Position numbers and translations under genes: made by a program. From an uncultured delta proteobacterium (GTDB lineage: Bacteria > Myxococcota_A > Polyangia > Polyangiales > Polyangiaceae): 64,000 nucleotides of DNA. Location: contig CAVOKF010000006.1 of assembly GCA_963696385.1 (NCBI GenBank), positions 224,001 through 288,000 of the forward strand, read 5' to 3'. Below, one piece after another: positions 58,514 through 64,000 of the stretch (position 1 is the first letter of the stretch; each line of letters starts with the position of its first letter). The notes under the pieces were generated by a model, which saw nothing but the letters and a program-made list of their open reading frames with translations, ran no database searches and was not told the DNA's origin.

Positions 58514-61063
58514 TCATCGCGCGCCGAGGAGGATCTCGGCGCGTAACGCGTTCAGCGTGGCGGGCGACCCCACGAAGATCTCCCCCGGGGAATGCCTGAA
58601 TGCGAGAATGTTCCGGTAGATCTCGGCGCGTTGATCGAGGTTCATGCCGAGCCCAGCGAGGTATTGCAGATGCAGGTTGTCGTCGCGGTTGATTTCGGCG
58701 TCCTGGAGCCACGGTGCGAGGTCGGAGCCGCGACCGCCGTACGTGGAGAGCAGCAGGACCGCGGACCCCAACCCGATCTGTCGCAGCGATTTCAACACCG
58801 GCGCAAAGGCCGCGCTCTCCAGGCGGTTTTCCATCGCGTCCACGTCGATCCGAATGGGCTCGGCCTGCCCTAGGAGAACGAGGTCGTAGCCTTGTCCTTC
58901 GATCGTGTTGCCGAGGATGATCGCGTCTGGAAACGCTTGGAAAAACGTCGCAAGCTCGCTCTTTACCGCCGCCATGCCGCTGTCGTAAAGCTGCACGAAT
59001 ACGGTCACCGCACCGCCGGGATTGAGGTGCCGCTTGGCGATCTCCCAAAATTCGCGCGTATAGAGATTGGCCGTGCCCTTGACCCAGGGGTCGAACGGGT
59101 CCGAAGTGATGGCATCGAACCGATCCTTGGTCGTCGTCAGAAAATGACGAGCGTCGTCCACTTCGACGTGAACCTTGGGATTGTCGATCACGTTGAAGTT
59201 GTACTCGCCGAAGTATTTGGCCACGACAGCGGGGACGAGCGGTTCGATCTCCGCGATCGTCAAGCGTTCGACGCGCGGATCGAGGCTTGCGGCGCCCGCC
59301 GTCACCCCGGCCCCGCATGCGATGACCAGCACGTTGTGCGGATTGTCGGGCACCAACGTGGTCAAATGCCCGAGCATGCGCTGAAGCCGCATGTCCTGAG
59401 GGAGGCTGGACGCCTGAATTTTCCCGGCATTGTAGTAGCTTATCGTTCCATGGATATCCCGCGAAACAGCCGGGGATGAATTCATCCCTTCTCCCACGTA
59501 AAGAAACGTCTCTCCAATGTTCCGTTCGGCCGCCGAAAGGCGGCCGTGGGCGACGAGCAACGGGGGAACCGCGATGACGTTGCGTCCGAGCGTGGCCGTC
59601 ACCTCGAGGATGGCCAATGTCCAGATGGCATCGCGCGTCGTGAACCGCGGCGCTGCAGGACCGGGCGTAAGCGCGGGAATCAAGGTGATGGCGGCGGCCG
59701 TCGCCGAGAGCGCCATCAGAATCCGCTCGCTGTCTCGGGTCCCGACCGCGGCGATGAGGACCAGGCTCGTGCCGAGCGCGCCGACGATGGCCCCCACCGT
59801 GTTCGCCGCGTAGACGCGGCCTACGACGCCGCCGCCATCGGCTCCCTTGGACGCGACCGCCGCAAGCGCCAGTGGAAAGCTGGCGCCCCAGAGGCAGGTC
59901 GCGGGCAGAATGGCCCAAAGGCAGCGGACGAAGTCGATTTGAAATTGAGGCCACGGGCCGACCGCGAGCCGCGGATTGACGGGCCAGTACGGCAGGGAGC
60001 TCGTGATGTTCCACGACGTCCAGGCGATCGCCAGGACGAGTGCGAGTTGCACGAAACCGAGGGCACGCCGCGGATCCAGCAGCCGGCGCGCCATGAACGA
60101 GCCGAAGGCGCTGCCGAGCCCGATCCCAGTCAGGAAGACCGCAAGGATGATCGAAAACGTGTACGTCGTGCCGCTCAAGAGCAGCCCGAAGAGCCGTGTC
60201 CAGATCACCTCCGCCCCGAGAGCGCTCATCCCCGACAGCCCGATCGCGAGATGAATGATCCAAGCGGGTGACCTTGGGGGGCAGGAGCCCCGAGCCACGG
60301 GGTCGGGTCTCGCGTCGGCTAGCGAGACTCCGGGGTGGATGTGCGCGAGCGCAAACGCCCCGGCCGCAACCGCGGTGTTCAAGGCAACGGCAACGAACGT
60401 CGTTCGGTGCATGTCGTACACTCGGAGAAGGTAGAAGCCCGCCAGCAGACAGCCGAACACCGCGCCGAGCGTGTTGCCGCCGTACAAGTACCCAAGTCGC
60501 GAGACGCCCCGCGGAGTCATTTCCACCCAGCGGGAGACGGCGGGCAGCGTGGCCCCCATCATGACCGTCGGAGGCAGCAGACACATCGCCGCCAAGAGGC
60601 CGCGCAGCATTTGCCCGACCGCGGAAGGACCCCCGACCGCCGTGTAGACCACCCGGACCAGCGGAACGGCGCCCAGCATGAGGAGTCCGCAAATGCCGAT
60701 CGAGATTTCCAAAACGCCGTAGACGCGCAAAGGGTGCCACCGGCGTGCGACGAAGCGCGAAAGCGCAAGACTGCCCGCGCACATCCCGCCCATGAAGGTG
60801 CCGAGGAGCACTCCGATCGAGACCGCCGAAGAGCCGAGGACGAGTTCGAGCATCTGAAACCAGACGATTTCGTAGATCAGCGCCGCACAGCCGCTGGCCA
60901 CGAAGAGCGCGAAGAGGAGCGACAGGGCGCGGTCGTCCGCGCCGCTGCGGCCCGCAGCCGACGGCGCGCGGCGGCCCCGTCCCGAGCGGATTTGCGATGC
61001 GGCAAGCGCCGCAATCGCCACGGCCAGCAGAAGCTCGAGCCAGCCGACGGGTCCCTCGCCCAC
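58514..61063 (-). CDS. Fused MFS / spermidine-synthase-like membrane protein
   Basis: SGCAALIYEIVW, YGGNTLGA, GAGVTAG, EIEP, DDARHFL, DAITSDPFDPW, LYTREF. Confidence 0.92.
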   Translation of the reverse strand: MGEGPVGWLELLLAVAIAALAASQIRSGRGRRAPSAAGRSGADDRALSLLFALFVASGCAALIYEIVWFQMLELVLGSSAVSIGVLLGTFMGGMCAGSLALSRFVARRWHPLRVYGVLEISIGICGLLMLGAVPLVRVVYTAVGGPSAVGQMLRGLLAAMCLLPPTVMMGATLPAVSRWVEMTPRGVSRLGYLYGGNTLGAVFGCLLAGFYLLRVYDMHRTTFVAVALNTAVAAGAFALAHIHPGVSLADARPDPVARGSCPPRSPAWIIHLAIGLSGMSALGAEVIWTRLFGLLLSGTTYTFSIILAVFLTGIGLGSAFGSFMARRLLDPRRALGFVQLALVLAIAWTSWNITSSLPYWPVNPRLAVGPWPQFQIDFVRCLWAILPATCLWGASFPLALAAVASKGADGGGVVGRVYAANTVGAIVGALGTSLVLIAAVGTRDSERILMALSATAAAITLIPALTPGPAAPRFTTRDAIWTLAILEVTATLGRNVIAVPPLLVAHGRLSAAERNIGETFLYVGEGMNSSPAVSRDIHGTISYYNAGKIQASSLPQDMRLQRMLGHLTTLVPDNPHNVLVIACGAGVTAGAASLDPRVERLTIAEIEPLVPAVVAKYFGEYNFNVIDNPKVHVEVDDARHFLTTTKDRFDAITSDPFDPWVKGTANLYTREFWEIAKRHLNPGGAVTVFVQLYDSGMAAVKSELATFFQAFPDAIILGNTIEGQGYDLVLLGQAEPIRIDVDAMENRLESAAFAPVLKSLRQIGLGSAVLLLSTYGGRGSDLAPWLQDAEINRDDNLHLQYLAGLGMNLDQRAEIYRNILAFRHSPGEIFVGSPATLNALRAEILLGAR

Positions 61064-61098
61064 TCATCTAACCTCGGCCTCGACCCCGAGGCCTTCTC

Positions 61099-63058
61099 TC
61101 AGTTCCAGGGCGGCATCGCATAGGGCGTCGTCGGCGAGATGCCGTCGTACCGGTGCAGCTGCGTGACGTACGACTCGTCGAGCCAGGACTGCAAGGTCGC
61201 AATCTGGCATGCGGTGAGCGCTGCGTGGGGGGGCGTCGTGGCGCTAGGCATCTTGTCGCACATCGAACACGAGGGGGGATCGGCCTCTTGCATGACTGCC
61301 ATCACCACTTGAAAGCGGAACGGGGTCGGCGTCTCGGGACAAGACGAGGCGTGAGCGGTTCCTGTAATCCAATCGTAGGCGTGGTTTTTTCCTCCCTCCA
61401 CCAGGGTCGACTCGTCGTCCAGCACATGGCAGCCGCCGTTGCTGGCATTGGCTGTCCCCGTTTTTCCGCAGGAGGTGTTCAGGAAGCTCTGTACGTCGGC
61501 CTGGAAGCTCACCGGCGATGGCAGTGTGCAACCGGCGGGTACCACCACGGCGGCGTCCATACCGGGCGTCGTTCCGCCTTGCGATCCCGCGGCCGGCCCC
61601 GTCGTCGTTCCGGTCGTGGTCCCCGTCGTCGCGACGGTGGTCGTACCCGTGGTGGTAGTCGTGGTGGTCGTGGTGCTCGTGGTGGTCGTGGTGCTCGTGG
61701 TGGTCGCCGACGGGGTCCTGGCGCACCGGAAGCCGAGGTTGACCGCTCGGTAGGACGGGTCCACATCGAAGCGGTCCGGGGGAAGGAGCTCGGTCGCGTC
61801 GTTGAGCAGGTCACCGCGCATGACCCGATTGGAAGCCGTCGTCAAGTAGGCGCAATCGGTGCATGTCGCGTAGGTCGCGTACCAATCCAGATTCCACTCA
61901 AACACTTCCCCCTCGAGATCGAGCTGGCCCCACAGTCCGGCTCCGAGCGTTGGAGTCCCCACGGGGGCGATGTTCGTTACGCCCGTACAGGACACCGCCG
62001 TGCCGGTCGGATAGTAACATTCGCTCTCGCCATCACCGTAAATCGCGTACTGGTTTCCCAACCCTGGATCGGTCGATCCCCAGGGATATTCTCGCTGCTG
62101 GCTGCCTCCTGCCGCGGCGTATTCCCATTCCGCTTCGCTCGGCAAGAAGCCCCCGTCCCAGATGCAGAACGCGTATGCCTCGTACCAATCGACGCAGTTG
62201 ACGGGCAGGTTCTCGTCGGGGCCCGCCGAGGTCGTCCACGTCGCGTAGTCCGGGTCGCAGGCCAGGTTCGTGTTCCATGAGAATCGCCGCCCCGGACCCG
62301 GTCGCGATGTCCGGCAGCTCGGTGATGGAGTCGGCGAGTGCGTTCCAGTCGGTCGCGTTCCAACCCGTCTCGTAGGTCCCCGGGCTGCCGCTGTTGGCCA
62401 GTCCGCGGCCCGCGTTCAAATGCGTGTGAATGCCGCTGCCGTTCGCCGGCGGCGCGCCCGACGCGCTCGTCAGGTAGTTCACGTATTGCCGAAACCGTCC
62501 GACCGTCACCAGGTATTTGTCCAGGCGAAACGCGCTCACAGTGGCTGGATCGGCCAGGCCCGTCGCTCCGGCTCCGCTGTTCGTGTACGTTCGGTCGAAC
62601 GTTCCGCCTGTCACCGGCAAGCTCGTGCAGCAGCTCTCGCTGCCACTGCCGCCCGCCCCACAGTTGGTCACGCCCGCGGTACCCGTTGCGCAGTTCGGCC
62701 TCGACACCGTCGCGGCCGAGCCCGTCGAAGCCGCCGCACCGCTATCGCCAAGTCCCGTGCTGGCGGAACCGCCGCCGGTCGAACCCGTGTCGGCCGAGTC
62801 GCTGGCGGTCAATCGCGCATCGGCCGCGCCGCTGCCCATCGCTTCCGTGCCGGCCGCGCCACTTTCGGCAGGCCCCGTAGTGGCCGGCCCCGGGTTGGAC
62901 GAGCCCGTCGGTGAGCCGCCCGCCTGCGCGGCTACGGCGGTCGCGTCCGTCCCGGCGTCCATGACACTGGCTCCCGTCGGACTCGAACAGCTCGCAAGAC
63001 CCCCTACGGCGACGATCAGCGTCGTCATGGCCGACAGCATCCCCCTCGTGTCGTTCAT
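61099..63058 (-). CDS. FGE/SUMF1 lipoprotein fused to a C-terminal cytochrome-c-like domain; frameshift near 62280
   Basis: ORFs 62033..63190 and 61099..62145 join through SWNTNLACDPDYATWTTSAGPDENLPVNCVDWYEAYAFCIWDGG. After GFRCAR come a Thr linker and SFQADVQ..C-x12-CH...MP...LT..QI..L..W. Confidence 0.8.
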
Positions 63059-63331
63059 CGCGCTACCTCCCAATAGGCACGGCCGGTCGTCGCGAGTCCC
63101 TGCTCGGGCGGAGTGGTTGGGGACACGACCTGCGGCTCGAGCCATTCGCCTGACGCGCGCAACTTCCACCGATTGCCGGGCCGTCGTCAAGAGCCGAGGC
63201 TTTCGCGCTCCAATCGCGATGCTTCACGGCGCCCGATTCGCGGGCGCGCGGTCTTTACGGCGCCCGATTCGCGGCGTGGTCGAAGAATGGGCGCGAGCGG
63301 ACCCGAACTCGTCGCAAAAATCCCGGCGCGG

Positions 63332-64000
63332 CTACTGAATGACGACGGTATCGATGAAAATGTCGGCGGCGGAGCACGAGGACACGGCCGCGCCGTCGGG
63401 TATGCCGAACTCGACGCCGACGTTGTGGATGGCGGCAGGGGAGAAGCCGCTCGCGACGTTGCCCTTGGGGTGGTCCAGGCTCATCGTCAGCGTGATCCAT
63501 CCCGCTCCGGCATGGAGGTCTACGACGCCATTGTCGGCCCAGTTGGATTTGACGTCCTGCGTGAACTGCAGGGCGTACCCGAGATGGTTCGTGTCCGACG
63601 ACAACCCCGCCGAGAGCTTCACGTTCATCGTCACCGTCCGACCCGTGAGATCGACGCCGCCATCCCCGTACACGACGCCCATGATGAGGCTCTCACTCGG
63701 GCCATTGAAGGGCGCCTCGAGATCGAGGCTGCCGGGTGTCGGGTCTCCCTCGGTCGTGGAGAGCGTGAGCGAGCAGGCTTCGGCACCGGCGTCGCCGAGG
63801 CCCGCCCAGAAGACACTCCAGCCCTGCGTGCTCGTATCGAATGGATAACTGAACAGGGGGGCAGCCGCGTCGGACGGGGCATCCTTCGCCCCATCGGCGA
63901 GGCGACTCGCGTCGGATCCGATGGCGGAGCCCGAGTCGGTATCGTCCGAGCCGGCATCGTCCGAGTCGGCCGTTTCTTGTCCGGTGCCATCGCCCGGTTC
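63332..64000 (-). CDS. Secreted protein with CBM-like beta-sandwich (5'-partial)
   Basis: The frame is open to the window edge: Asp/Ala/Gly linker, YPFDTSTQGW, DLTGRTV, WITLT, IFIDTV. Confidence 0.7.
   Translation of the reverse strand, partial: EPGDGTGQETADSDDAGSDDTDSGSAIGSDASRLADGAKDAPSDAAAPLFSYPFDTSTQGWSVFWAGLGDAGAEACSLTLSTTEGDPTPGSLDLEAPFNGPSESLIMGVVYGDGGVDLTGRTVTMNVKLSAGLSSDTNHLGYALQFTQDVKSNWADNGVVDLHAGAGWITLTMSLDHPKGNVASGFSPAAIHNVGVEFGIPDGAAVSSCSAADIFIDTVVIQ

Overview
GC-rich window with a myxobacterial (Polyangiaceae-like) character: many Ser/Thr/Gly-linker lipoproteins, FGE/SUMF1 paralogs and a DUF1552 gene. The taxonomy is inferred from gene content. About 1.4-17 kb is a decayed defence/mobile island: an IS630 transposase interrupted by a 94-bp MITE, a DUF5677-like gene, a DISARM-type drmD + adenine methyltransferase pair with no drmABC in the window and a relic 3' end of a second methyltransferase upstream, an IS1-family element with passenger genes, IS66 and ISL3 remnants, and many toxin-antitoxin fragments. 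About 17-27 kb holds secreted lipoproteins, a second identical MITE copy and a multi-stem, pseudoknot-capable non-coding element at about 19.5-19.75 kb. About 27-37 kb is the strongest candidate for a new system: a compact operon joining a proline-to-pyrrolyl-carrier starter module (dehydrogenase, Pro A domain, PCP) to a dissociated type II PKS (ACP, KS, CLF, KR; no dehydratase or thioesterase) and two hexapeptide-repeat acyltransferases, with a divergent methyltransferase. The remainder encodes glycoside hydrolases, two GT4 paralogs, MFS and FUSC transporters, galM, a vapBC-like pair, pntAB, a fused MFS/spermidine synthase and an FGE-domain protein fused to a cytochrome-c-like domain. Several single-base frameshifts may be sequencing errors. 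No rRNA, tRNA or CRISPR array was recognised. All family assignments come from motif recognition by eye, not from database searches.
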